From positions 152,582,001 through 152,646,000 of the forward strand of contig JBNRSN020000009.1 of assembly GCA_051313645.2 (NCBI GenBank): a stretch of DNA of 64,000 nucleotides, read 5' to 3'. The notes under the pieces were generated by a model. That model was not told the origin of the DNA. It searched no databases and saw nothing but the letters and a program-made list of their open reading frames with translations. The position numbers and the translations under genes were made by a program. Positions 1 to 11,975 of the stretch are shown piece after piece. Within the stretch, counting starts at the first letter, position 1. Every line of letters begins with the position of its first letter. Origin of the DNA: Centroscyllium fabricii. Lineage: Eukaryota.

Positions 1-312
1 ACCGACTTTTGAATGAGACGTTAAGCCAAAGCCCCGTCTGACCTCTCGGATGGATGTAAAAGATCCCATGGCGCTGTGAAAATAAGAGCAGGGGAGTTAT
101 CCCCGGTGCCCTGGCCAATATCTATCACTCAACCAACATTACTAAAATAGTTTATCACTTTGCTGTCTGTGGGAGCTTGCTGAGTGCAAATTGGCTGCCT
201 CAAATTCGTTTTTCTACATTACAACAGTGACTACACTTCAAAAGTACTTCATTGACTGTGAAGCGCTGTGAGATGGCTTGAGGTCGTGAAAGATGCTATA
301 TAAATGCAAGAG
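1..312 (+). mobile_element. Deu-domain SINE (SacSINE1-like), truncated by window start
   Basis: Deu-domain-like core gtaaaagatcccatggc...gagcaggggagtt...ctggccaatat and L2-like tail gctatataaatgcaag; same family as 5278 and 16078. Confidence 0.8.
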
Positions 313-1704
313 TATCTTTCTATGGTTCCCAAAGCGCTCCATAACTGCTTTTCCTCGCGTCGAGATTGATTGCTGTGAATGGTCAACAAGTCCACGCGAC
401 TCCTGGGATGGCAGAAGGCGTACTAGATGGATTTTGGTCTTTTTTTGTTTAGCAGTTCTTATGATCCTATATATCCTTATTGAGCGTTGCATGGTCTTGA
501 TTTATTGTAAGCTTGACCAGGGGCTTGCAACTCATTCCTACTGTTAAAATGCTGTGTGGAAAATCAAGGATATAAAATATAGTAGGCCACAGACTCGGAG
601 TGAGGGCACAGATGCCATGGTCTGATCTTGGTGAGGAAACAGAATGGACATGCTCTTTTCTCTTCCAGGCATAATGAGGTACGGTTCATTTGCCCTTCTA
701 GCACAATTCTTTTCTGTTTGCTTGCAGAGTGTGGGGTGGGCAGAGAATGGGGTGCCAGTCAGCTGCCCGCTATTTCTTTCAGGGTAATGTACAGTATGGG
801 GTAAAAAAGTAACGATGTATGGTATTGCACCTGTGGTGGTTAAGGTTGTCAATTCTGGCTGGACCTATTCTGGGAGGTTTTATCGTACGACCGCCAACTG
901 CCCTGCTGCCACGCTCCAGCCATTGGCTACCCTAACTCTTTGTTACCTGACTGGATGATTCTTGATTGTTGGTCAAACAGCCTTTTTCCCGTCTCCAATA
1001 TTTTTATAACTAATATGCAAAAGTCTTTGAAGATAATGGGGAAAGAAACCACAATTGTTATTAATGCCCCTATGATTTTTCTCCTGGGCTGCTTGCAGTC
1101 GTGTGTGTGTGTGAGATTAATCTTTACTTCCTGGAGATTCTTGGACTAACCCAGAGGGATTGCAGCCCTATTGGTGGTGGAATGCAAGAGCTATCTATTT
1201 CAGCAGTGTGCGCACTTCAGCATTGGGCGCTCGATGTAGTGTTTCATATGTATCCGCGTAATGTGAACCCATGTGCACTGGTATTTGGAGCGAAAAACAT
1301 GTTTACGGATGGTACATGTGCTGAGCTAGATTTCAGAAGAGCTGATGCTAACTCCACTCATGGTTTAGTAGATGTATACATTGCCCCAGTGCGTTACTGG
1401 TTACTGAATCATGCAGACCAGGCATATTGCAGATTCAATCCCCGCATCTGTGCTCAGTTTACTGGTCTTGGCTGGGCCGGTAATCGGGTCGCTGCACTTT
1501 GACCTCGGTGACCCTGCACAGCGCTGATTGGTGAGCAGGACTTGGCCGGGTTAAGATACGGGCAGCAGAGTTTTGGATGGGCTGAGGGTGGGGTATGGCA
1601 GTCCAGACAAGAGAGCATTGGAATAGTTATGTTTGAAACTTCCATAGGCATGGACGAGGGTTTCGGCAGTGGATGAGCTGAGATTTCGGTCACACACTTG
1701 TGAC

Positions 1705-1867
1705 CAATGTTCCCCTGTAAGCTGCGCTTTGTTCTGTGTGGTCTGTTTCTTTTAATGCACGGTCCCTTTAAATTTCTGCGCATGCGCAGTATTTGCAATG
1801 TAAAAGCCGGTGAGCGGCCTACGCAGGACCTTCCGGATTGCGGTGTGGCCGTGCGTGCGGAACATTG
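1705..1867. mobile_element. hAT-like MITE
   Basis: TIR caatgttcc...ggaacattg with a perfect 8-bp TSD cttgtgac. Related copies at ~49503-49651 and 53658-53794. Confidence 0.8.
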
Positions 1868-2335
1868 CTTGTGACCCATTCCTGCATGATTCATTTATCA
1901 CCGATGGGTAATTTATTTGTTACAGTTTTTTTTTGTTCAGTAATGAGCTTCAAGGTGTACATATTTTGGTAAGTGTACCATGTCAGTGATGTTTTAGCAA
2001 TCACTGGCGTAGTTAAAAATCATAATTTCCCATTTTCTTTTCCGAGTTGGTTGATCCCATCTTGGGCAACAGTGTGGGCACTACAATTGGCATCAATTCT
2101 CCAGGGCTAGGGAGGAGAAATATCCGTGGGGGTACCTGCTCTCATCATTAACCAGCTCTGTTGAAAGTGTGCTTGTGTGCATGGGCTGAGGCCAAGATCA
2201 GGTTGTCTGTGATACCCCTATGGTTCAATAGTCTGACTCTGTCAGTGCTCTGACTTGAATAATGACTTTCCTTTGTCCGCATTAGGTCTGACATGTGGAA
2301 ACCTAGCGCTCTGTTTCAGTGTCCAATTTAAACTA

Positions 2336-2658
2336 CAGGTTGAGCACCGGTAATCCGGCACCCTCGGGGCCAGGCCGGTGGAAAATTCCGAACCACTGAA
2401 GGTTTGGGGTAAAATACTCCCCGGAGCGCGCGGGTAGAACATTCCCCGGGGCCCGGAGCGCGCAGCTGGAACACTCCCCGGGAGGGAGCCCGGGGATAGA
2501 TCACTAAAAAGCAGAAACCCAAACGCCCGACAACTTTGGCGCTTGCCCACCCTTCGCGGGAAATGGTGGCACCGCCGAGCAGCTGCTCCGCAAACTGGAG
2601 ACGGCCGGTTTCGATTCGTGCCGGACCATTGGGTGCCGGATTACCGGTGCTCAACCTG
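2336..2658. mobile_element. Tc1/mariner (pogo/Tigger-like) MITE
   Basis: TIR caggttgagcaccggtaatccggcaccc, TA TSD; sister copy at 17735-18058. Confidence 0.85.
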
Positions 2659-3462
2659 TACTGAAACATTACCATCCACTAGTACTGTTTCTATGTGTCC
2701 AATATGGATTGAAGACTTTCTTCCCATAGAGATTTATCTCACTTACTTAAGTTGTAAGTTGATCGAGCAAAGATCCAGGGAGTATCACCACCATTCTCTT
2801 GCCCACAGCACTAGCATACACCACAGCCAGTATAGTGGTGTTCTAGTCTTGGTCTATATTCCCCTCCCCCCCCCCCTCCCTACCCACCCTGCAGTTTCTA
2901 GATATTACAGGAATTTCTGGCATGTAAGACCTGTTTTTGATGAGATAACCTTTGAATCATCCTCTGTATCTGTTTGTGCAAATGTAAATTCCACTAAACC
3001 AGAGTTTACTGATGTGAAGAAGGGATAGAATCATCTCTCTGCAATCTACGCTGGAAGTCTGCAACACCACCAGAGGCAGCCAGTAAGCTTGAATCTTAGC
3101 CCGTAATACTCTGGCTCATAATACAGTGGCTTGCAAGATGGCAAATTCATCTGAATATTGGTCACCAGATTTATATTCTGCGTTTTGTTATTGGATATTA
3201 CTTTAACTTTGTTCACTTGCGATTCATTCCTTGGTATTTGCTATTATATAGACAGTACAGATCGCTAGAACCTTTTGAAAGGTGGCCTTCCCACATCTTC
3301 GAAAGGCCTTCCCTTCAACCATGCTTTCCTTTCCCACTTGATGCCGACAATTTTCTTCCGCCTTGTAGCGTGCTCGGAGATATTTGTCTTTGTGAGCTGG
3401 CACTGCAGAAATGCAGCTTGTTGAGGGACCAGAATCTCGGGCCTACTTGTGGCTTCTTCACA

Positions 3463-4190
3463 AATTCAAGATTCAAGATAATTTTCTTGCCATGTGTAAC
3501 TCGTACAATGGAATGCTTACTCCCCTCCCCATTCACTCCCACAATTATAAATGTAGAAAAGCAAAAAGTAAAAAGTGAAAAAAAAAACAAGTATAAATAT
3601 AGAAAAAATAACAATCAAATAAACAAGTAAGTAACGAGTGCAGTTAGCAGTTCAGTAGGCGCACTGCCTGTGGGTAGAAACTGTTTCTGAACCTGCTGGT
3701 CCTGGTTCGGATGCTGCAGTACCGACGGCCGGACTGCAGGAGGGAGAACAGATCGTGCCCAGGGTGATTGGGGTCCTTGATGATGGAGCGGGCCTTGTTC
3801 CGACACCTGGTCTGGAAGATCTCCTCGATGGACGGAAGTGCACACCCGATAATTTTTTCTGCCGTCTTCACGACCCTCTGAATGGCTTTCCTGTCCTGAG
3901 CAGTGGTGTTGCCATACCACGCAGTGACGCCACCCGACAAGACGCTCTCTATGGTGCCGCGGTAAAAGTTCACAAGCCATTGTGTGCTTATGCCGCATTT
4001 CCTCAGGCACCGTAGAGGGTAGAGGCGCTGGTGTGCCTTCTTCAGCATTGCCTCGGTGTTATAGTTCCAAGTCAGATCGTCAGAGATCTGCAGACCTAGG
4101 AATCAGAAGCAGCTGACTATTTCTACCGGTGTCCCACCTATGATAATTGGTCGGTGGTTCTCTTGATGGCATCTGAAGTCCAATAGACAG
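3463..4190 (-). mobile_element. Rex1/Babar LINE, 5'-truncated
   Basis: ORF 3644-4048 KKAHQRLY..LR...FYRGTIESVL..GVTAWYG...HPGHDLFSLLQSGRRY...RFRNSFYPQAVRLLN is a typical Rex1 RT C-terminus; (ATCTTGA)n tail at ~3463-3480. Confidence 0.85.
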
Positions 4191-5277
4191 AAGTAAATAT
4201 TTTTAAATGGTTTTATGCCTCCTGGAGCCTCTGAGCATCGGGTGAGGTGTCGAGGTTCGACCATGTTTGACATAGGGTTTCGAATGACTGGAAGATATTG
4301 CTTGCTATGCTTGTGGTATGCAGTGTCGCAGTTGCTGCCTTGCATTTTCACACCCAAGTTATTCTGAGTTCATGCGGCAGCATGGTCCCTTGTTCCGGAA
4401 GCTGCATCGTTTTGCAATGCAGTAATGCAGCTTGGTCAGAAGCACTAACAAGTTGTACAGCCACTCCAGGTGATTATTTACTCTGGTCACACTCCAGATA
4501 TGTAAAGAAGCAAATTTTGGAAAGGATGTGCTTCTATTGCAGTCAGCGGAACTGAATAACAGGAGCTGTGTGTAACAGGCTGCTGATCCGATACTGCCTG
4601 TTTTGATCCATCGCCTGAGACAAATTTCCAGGCCTAAGTCTGCGTGTCACTCTTTTAAAAAAGAAAAAAATAACCTGAAGTGATGAAGGATTAATTTACT
4701 TGGTTAGTACGTACATTGGCTACTGTGTCACTGAGCCATATACTGACCAGTCAGGTGTCTGGTTTAGTCGCAGGCCTGAGCTGTGTTGGCTAACCTCGGC
4801 TATGATAGCAGTTGACGCGTTACAGTTGATCTCATTCCCTTGGCTTAGAAAGGGGAAAATCAGCCAGAGTTCATGCTCGTGATCCACTACGCAGTGACAC
4901 CTGCTAATAAAGCGTTCAAGCTATCAGAGAGCTGCAGGTGCACTTGTAAACATAACCCAGTGTGTGTTCGCACCCTCGGGGAGGGGGGGGTGGAAAAGAG
5001 AGAAAGTTGGATTTTTTAAAAATCTAGCTAATCATTCTTTGAGATTCAAACTGTCCTTTCTTTTTTTTGGTATGTCTTTGTTCTTCTGGCCTTCTAGAAA
5101 GTCATTTTTAACATTTACAAGCTTTTCGCAAAGTTTGAGGAAACGACGTTTTCACAGACAGTAGAAATTTATTTGGGGGTAAATTGACCTATGGGCATAC
5201 TTTAAAGGAGGTTCTTGGTGACAAATGACAGTGCTTGCTACGGTATTTAGATAATGGTGTTCCAGATTTTTTAATGT

Positions 5278-5742
5278 AAAGCAAGACTTGTATTTATATC
5301 GTGACTTTCATGACCTCCGGACATCCCAAAGTGCTTTATAGCTAATTAAGCAGTTTTGAAGTGTCGTCACTGTTGTAATGTAGAAAACGCGGCAGCCAAT
5401 CTGCAGAGCAATGTCCCATATGTAGAAATGTGATAATGACCAGATCATCTGTTTTAGTGATAATGGTTGAGGGATAAATATTGGCCCCAGGACACCGGGG
5501 AGAACTCCCCTGCTCGTCTTTGAACTAGTGCCATGGGATCTTTTACGTCTACCTGAGAGAGCAGACGGGGGCCTCGGTTTAATGCCTCATCTGAAAAGAT
5601 GGCACCTCTGACAGTGCAGCACTCCCTCAGTACTGCACTGAAGTGTCAGCCTAGATTATGGGCTGGAGTCTCTGGAGTGGGACTTGAACCCACAATCTTC
5701 TGACTCAGGCAAGAGTGCTACCCACTAAGCCACGGCTAACAC
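5278..5742 (-). mobile_element. Deu-domain SINE, near full length
   Basis: tRNA-like head (gtggcttagtggg...gggttcaagtccc), Deu core and L2-like tail. Confidence 0.85.
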
Positions 5743-6788
5743 CTGTATTAATGTTGAAGATTTAGGTACTAGTCATTGAATGGATTTTGTAATGTACTGT
5801 AGAGGCTTGTTATAGATGGAGTCAACACTGAGGCACTGTAAAACAAAAAGCAACTTGCATTTATCTAATGCCTTTAATGTAAAACAGGGTCCCAAAGTGA
5901 TTCACTTTGGAGAAGGAAATAGAAAGGCTTAGGGAAGCAATGTTGGTGTGGGGGCCTAGGTAGCTGAAGACACTGCCGCCAATCGTGGGGGCGAAAACGG
6001 GTGGGTGGGTGGGGCGGAGCGAGTGCATAAGAGGCTGAGGCCAAGGAATGGAGAGTTCGGGGCGGTTGTACAGCTAGAGGCGGTTACAGAGATAAGCTGT
6101 GGAGGGATTTGAACCCCAGTATGAGAATTTTAAATTTAAGGCAATGGGGAACTGGGTGTCAGTATCGGTCAGTGAGGACAGTCGTGATAGGCAAGCAGGA
6201 CTTTGTGTGGGATTGGATACAGGTAGCAGAGCTTTGGATGAACTGAAGTTTACAGAATGCGGCATGAATCTGGTGGGTCAGAACATCGAACTGGATCTAG
6301 TGTTGTGCTTTATTATTGTCTTGTTAAATCGTTTATGCAGCAGTGGAGGGCTGAGGTGATTACAGGTGCTTGTGTGCACCAATGTCCTGAGTTTCTTGAG
6401 CAGCATGTCAGGGTGAGCAGCAAGGTTTGTAACTTAATGCTGGACAGCAATGAATATGTGATTGATTCTAGGATCCTCCGAACTGCAGAAATCCCTCTGT
6501 ACTCTGCAGTTCAGTACAATTGGCTGGTTCTACAGGGGTCTGTGAGTTGGCATGTTGCAAGGGTATGTTAAGTGGATAGGTTATTAAGTTTTGCAAATGT
6601 ATAGTTTGGCAAGGTATTGACTGCAAGAAGTCATGCATTCATGTAGCACCTTACCTCAGAAAGCGCTTTACATGCAGTGAATTGCTTTGAAGTACAGTGA
6701 CGTGTTATATAGGTAAATGCATGACTTAAAAAGATCAATGCAAGAAGTCACAAAACACCAGGTTATAGTCCAACAGTTTTATTTTAAA

Positions 6789-6826
6789 TCACAAGCTTTC
6801 GGAGCGTCTGCCCCTTCGTCAGGTGA
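6789..6826 (-). ncRNA. Minimal type I hammerhead ribozyme motif in Penelope pLTR
   Basis: Reverse complement UCAC-CUGACGA-aGGGGC agac GCUCC-GAAA-GC-UU-GUGA: stem I, core, stem II and palindromic stem III. Confidence 0.7.
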
Positions 6827-7661
6827 AAGAGAGGTTGATTTAAAGAACGCACATATGGAAGGGAGAGAGAAATCTGATCCCCCCACATCTCACCTTAGCA
6901 GAGACAGACAGAGCACACAAAGGCGTATTAACATATTTTAACACATCAGTCTGAGATCAATGAGGCACAGTCACAAGGGGTCAAATGCTGCAAAACACAC
7001 AATGATTTAAAAAAAAAGGAATTTCCTTACAAGACAAAGATGTCTCTGGTCTGGATTACTCTACGTCAGGCAGGGTCACATGTAGCGTGACATGAAGCCG
7101 ATATCACGGTTGAGGCCGTCCTCATGGGTGCGGAATTTGGCTATCGGCCTCTGCTCGACGATTTTGCGTTGTCGTGTGTCTCGAAGGCCGCCTTGGAGAA
7201 TGCTTACCCGAAGATCGGAGGCTGAATGTCCTTCACTGCTGAAATGTTCCCCGACTGGGAGGGAACACTCCTGCCTGGCAATTGTTGTGCGGTGTCCGTT
7301 CCTGAGGACCCATGAGGACGGCCTCAACCATGATATCGCCTTCATGTCACGCTACATGTGACCCTGCCTGACGTAGAGTCATCCAGACTAGAGACATCTT
7401 TGTCTTGTAAGGAAATTCCTGTTTTTAAAAATCATTGTGTGTTTTGCAGCATTTGACCCCTTGTGACTATGCCTCATTGATCTCAGACTGATGTGTTAAA
7501 ATATGTTAATACGCCTTTGTGTGCTCTGTCTATCTCTGCTAAGGTGAGATGTGGGGGATCAGATTTCTCTCTCCCTTCCCTATGTGCGTTCTTTAAGTCA
7601 GTCTCTCTTTCACCTGATGAAGGGGCAGCCGCTCCAAAAGCTTGTGATTTAAAATAAAACT

Positions 7662-7908
7662 TGATGTGACAAAAGAGACCTACACGTCAATAACTCTTAA
7701 GCAAAGCTTTAATCAACTATTTACAGAGTTAGAGTTTCACATGCTTACAGGGGAAGCATCATCCCAGACTGGATAGCAGCAGAACTTATACCACTAGACA
7801 GGAAGTGATGTATATACAGGAAGTGACATGTAAAAAGGAAATGATGTCACAGGAAATACATATGCAGAGTTCATTAGACTTTCTGCGGGAAGTTTCAATA
7901 TCACTACA
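7662..7908 (-). mobile_element. Solo LTR inserted in the Penelope pLTR
   Basis: TG...CA ends (tgtagtga...tcacatca on -), 5-bp TSD aaact (7657-7661 and 7909-7913), ATTAAA on -; it interrupts an otherwise contiguous pLTR. Confidence 0.8.
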
Positions 7909-8025
7909 AAACTGTTGGACTATAACCTGGTGTTGTGTGACTTCTTACAATTGTCCACCCCAGTCCAACACCAGCACCTCCACATCTTAAAAAGATCAGC
8001 CATAGAAATCACAAAACGCGTTGCA

Positions 8026-9316
8026 TTTTTTTTTCCTCTTTGGGACTGGCCTGATGTCAATTTCCATCTTCAGTGTCAAGAAGGGCAGGACTTTCTGCTC
8101 GGTTGCGCTGGTTTTTTCAGCACAATTTGCGTGAAATCGACTGAACCAACACAAAAGATTGAGTAATTTCAAGTGCAAATTAAGTTCGGCGCAACTTGAG
8201 TTTCCATGATCTCTTGCACTAGTTTAAAGAACGTCGCGTTAAAAGCTGGTCCCGCCGACAAAACTGGCCACCCCTCCAGATTGAATTAATCACCGCGGCT
8301 AATTGCGCTCATTTGCGGGCCTTCGAGGAGGCTGTAAAAAATGAAACTCTTTATTTTTTTAAGCGCAAGGGCACTAATTTTAAATGTACTAAGAAACTGA
8401 CTGCTGTGCACCAATACACAGAAACACAGAAGATAGGAGCAGGAGTCGGCCCTTCCAGCCTGCTCCGCCATTTTGACGAGATCATGGCTGATCATCCAAA
8501 CCCAGCACCCCCCTCCTACCCTCTCCCCATATCCCCCGACACCCCCAACTCTAAGAACTATATCTCACACACATACTCATGGGCAATTTTTTTTTAGTAT
8601 TTCCAATTCACTTAACCTGAATGTAACTAGTAAATGGTTCTGTAATGCTTTTAAGTCATTTTCTAAAGTCGGGTTATTCACAGGCGATGGCCTAGACACC
8701 CTGATTGCAAAATACTTATTTTTTATGATAAACCCATTTTCAGCTCTATTACTCCGACTGCCAATTAATTTGCACTTGAAATTACTCAATATTTTATGCT
8801 GGTTCAGCCGATTTCAGGCAAATTGTGCTTGAAAAATACCAGCGCAACCGAGCAGAAACCCCTGGCCTCCTTGACACTGAAGATGGAAATTGACACGGTG
8901 GCATAGTGGTTAGCACTGTTGCCTCACAGCTCTGGAGACCCGGGTTCAAATCCAGCCTCGGGTGACTATCTGTGTGGAGTTTGCACATTCTCCCCGTGTC
9001 TGCGTGGGTTTCCTCCGGGTGCTCCGGTTTCCTCCCACAGTCCAAAGATGTGCGGGTTAGGTTGATTGGCCAGGATAAATTGACCCTTAGTGTTAGGGGG
9101 TTTGAATGTGTGGGGTTACGGGGATAGGGTGGGATATGTGTCGGTTCAGGCTCGAGAGGGATATGGGGACAAGGCAGGGACAGGGTGCTGGGTTTGGATG
9201 ATCAGCCATGATCTCATTGAATGGCGGAGCAGGCTCGAAGGGCCGAATGGCCGACTCCTGCTCCTATCTTCTGTGTTTCTGTGACACCAGGCCAGTCCCA
9301 AAGAGGAAAAAAAAAA
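8026..9316. mobile_element. Foldback/MITE with ~160-bp inverted repeats, interrupted by an HE1 SINE and a CR1 tail
   Basis: 8026-8183 is an imperfect reverse complement of 8765-8895 plus 9282-9316. Confidence 0.7.
8893..9282 (+). mobile_element. HE1-like V-SINE
   Basis: tRNA head, V-domain (tgtgtggagtttgcacattctccccgtgtctgcgtgggtttcctccggg), CR1/HER1-like tail; flanked by tgacac repeats. Confidence 0.9.
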
Positions 9317-9780
9317 GTTACCACTCTTGCATACACCAAGGAATATTTTTAATGCAAATTAAAAAAAAAAAAAAAATTACATTCTGAAACGCTGCCCGAT
9401 TGCGCCGGTTCATGGCAGATGTTACCTTTGGTGATATGCAAATGAGTTTGAGCAGCAACTTGAGGGGGAAAAGAACACATCTCCAAACTAGCGCCATTTG
9501 CGCTGGGATCGCCGATTGTGCTCAAAGCTGAACCTCTTGGCTCCCTGCAGTCTGTAGCCAGAGACGGACGTGGATTAGCTGGAGGCTGGTCACTTTACTG
9601 AAAGCTTTTGTTTATTGGGGCAATTTCGGGTTTGACTGTACAGTTGTGTAGACATATTGTGACATGCCAGAATAGTTTCAAGTGTCAGCGTGCCTGGCAG
9701 CAGTGGGTGATTCATCTGCACTTTGTGTTGTCTTCCTCACAGCCTGCTTTGGAGCTGGATGGAGCGGGCTTGGAAGAGAA

Positions 9781-9904
9781 ATGACTGACCAGGAGAACAA
9801 CAATAACATATCCAGGAACCCCTTTGCAGCTCTCTTCAGTTCTGTGGCCGATGCCAAGCAATTTGCCTCCGTCCAGAAACAGCAGTCCCTGACCGGGCCA
9901 CAAG
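9781..9904 (+). CDS. UBE4A: UBE4A coding exon 1 (start codon)
   Basis: [35 protein letters not shown] matches the vertebrate UBE4A N-terminus. Acceptor cacag ends at 9742 (short 5'UTR part); donor CAAG|gtaagc, phase 1. Confidence 0.96.
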
Positions 9905-10156
9905 GTAAGCATATGTCCGAGCTTCCTCGGCTGTCTGCTTTCCAGTTACTAGCAGGTTTTGCAAAGACTAGTGTATTTCCTCTTGCTAGTGAGCCTCCCC
10001 TTTTTTACCATTCTGGGGTATGTTAAGAATGTAGGAATAGAACACCAGCCTTGAGAAATGCAGCAAGCGAGTTGGCTGCACAGCAGTTTGCCTTTCAGGT
10101 GTTTGCTGTGAAGGTGTTTCATGTGCATGCCTGCACCAGGTGAGGTTCCATCATGT

Positions 10157-10241
10157 TTTGAGGAAGGGGCAGCGCTCCAAAAGCTTGTGATTTCAAATAA
10201 AACTGTTCGACTATAACCTGGTGTTGTGTGACTTCTTACAA
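10157..10241 (+). mobile_element. Penelope pLTR 3' fragment starting within the hammerhead core
   Basis: tgaggaaggggcagcgctccaaaagcttgtgatttcaaataaaactgttcgactataacctgg; flanked by tgttttg repeats. Confidence 0.75.
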
Positions 10242-10248
10242 TTGTTTT

Positions 10249-10646
10249 GGGGTGGCATAGTGGTTAGCACTGTTGCCTCACAGCTCTAGAGACCCGGGTT
10301 CAAATCCGGCCTCGGGTGACTATCTGTGTGGAGTTTGCACATTCTCCCCGTGTCTGCGTGGGTTTCCTCCGGGTGCTCCGGTTTCCTCCCACAGTCCAAA
10401 GATGTGCGGGTTAGTTTGATTGGCCATGATAAATTGACCCTTAGTGTTAGGGGGATTGAATATGTGGGGTTACGGGGATCGGGTGACGATGTGTGTGGGT
10501 GCAGGTTCGATAGGGATCGAGGGATATGGGGACAAGGCAGGGACAGGGTACTGGGTTTGGATGATCAGCCATGATCTCATCGAATGGCGGAGCAGGCTCG
10601 AAGGGCCGAATGGTCTACTCCTGCTCCTATCGTCTATGTTTCTATG
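10249..10646 (+). mobile_element. HE1-like V-SINE
   Basis: Same head, V-domain and tail as 8893. Confidence 0.9.
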
Positions 10647-11431
10647 TAAATAGGACTTCGTTGAGATTTAAATTTTGCTAATCTGTCTTTAGTCTAAAAT
10701 CTAAACATTGATTGGCAGCGTTTTTTACTTCTCTAACAAAGGTGCTTTCCATAGAACCCTGCAATTTTTTTCTCCCCAAGTATTTATCCAATTCCCTTTT
10801 GAAGGCCACTATTGGGGCACCGTCCTATCAGGCAGCGCATTCCAAATCCTCACCACTCGGTGCGTAAGAAAAGTTTGTTTCAGGGATCTGGGCAACTGTG
10901 GCAAGGCAGCATATATTGCCCATTCCTTGAAGCATCAATTACACCGTGTTGGAGTTGAATGTAGACCAGGCTGGGTAGTGAACCAGTTGCATTTTTATAA
11001 CAATCTGGTAGCTTTCCCGGCTACTTTCACTGGTACCAGCCCAAAATTACTAGATTTAAATAAAAAAATTCACAACTAGAATTTGAACTCCTGACCTCTG
11101 GTACCATACCCTCTACACTACTGTACCTGTGGTGTAATTCGTTATCCTTTATCAGAACTGACAGGCTGGGGATGCTCCATTTACAACTCTTGAAAATGCA
11201 ATCTTTATATTCGAGGGCACTGTCAACAGCGGGAAGAGCATGCGTCAGCTTTGGCGCTCTCCTAATGTAAAGTGGATAATAAGAGACACTAAATATAGCT
11301 GCCCCCATCCCCACGTTAAGTGACTTGTCATTTTCAATTGTTTTAATTTAACTTCCTCATGTTGCCAAATTCTTGTTCACACACCCTCCTATTGTCCGCA
11401 TCATTCAGTGTTCAAAAACATTGCTGTAACA

Positions 11432-11975
11432 CAGTGGTCTCCAACCTTTTTGGCTCCGCGGCCCATTTTGAGGTTCGCAATTTTTTCGCGGCCGTGGAGG
11501 GGTTGCTGGCGGAGGCGGGGGGGTCGGACGGGGCGCGGCCCCAGCTCCAGCCTGCCGTCTGTCCCTCGAACGCCCTCCCCCTCACCGCCTACGTCACGCG
11601 CAAGCGGTGAAAAAAAGGCGCTGGAGACGCAGACGCAAGTCTTCCGTCTGTCCCTCGAACGCCCTCCCCCTCACCGCCTACGTCACGCGCAAGCGGTGAA
11701 AAAAAGGCGCTCGAGACGCAGACGCAAGCCTTCCGTCTGTCCCGCGAACGCCCTCCCCCTCACCGCCTACGTCACGCGCAAGCGGTGAAAAAAAGGCGCT
11801 CGAGACGCAGACGCAGATCGCAGTCTGTGCCTCGTTAAACGTTAAATGAGGCACAGACGGAAACAAGCGGTCCAGCCAAAATAAAGCGTTATTTTAAGGA
11901 GGAAGTGCAAATCGTCCCGCAGCCCGGTAAAATTGTCCCGGTGCCGGTCCGCGGCCCGGCGGTTGGGGACTGCTG
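11432..11975. mobile_element. hAT (Charlie-like) MITE with three internal ~89-bp tandem units
   Basis: TIR cagtggtctccaacc/ggttggggactgctg; 8-bp TSD ctgtaaca/ttgtaaca; repeats at 11552-11818. Confidence 0.8.

Larger units (their letters stand above)
6738..7985. mobile_element. Penelope-like element, inverted 3'-end arrangement
   Basis: GIY-YIG C-terminus (LPVGEHFS..GHS..DLRV.ILQGG...R...EQ..I.KF.TH..GLNRD) on - at 7076-7310, followed by an inverted copy of the pLTR; 13-bp TSD cttaaaaagatca (6725-6737 and 7986-7998). Confidence 0.88.

Noticed and set aside
238-3630. Short ORFs upstream of UBE4A as a separate gene or promoter
   Set aside because: No recognisable protein similarity; the GC-rich patches are MITEs rather than a CpG-island promoter, and the non-coding first exon could not be located.
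8893-8965. tRNA-like sequences (also at other SINE heads)
   Set aside because: A/B-box heads of SINEs continuing into V or Deu domains; not complete tRNA genes.
9682-9780. N-terminal extension of UBE4A suggested by the ORF track
   Set aside because: Starts at GTG and crosses the splice acceptor at 9742; homology begins at ATG 9781.
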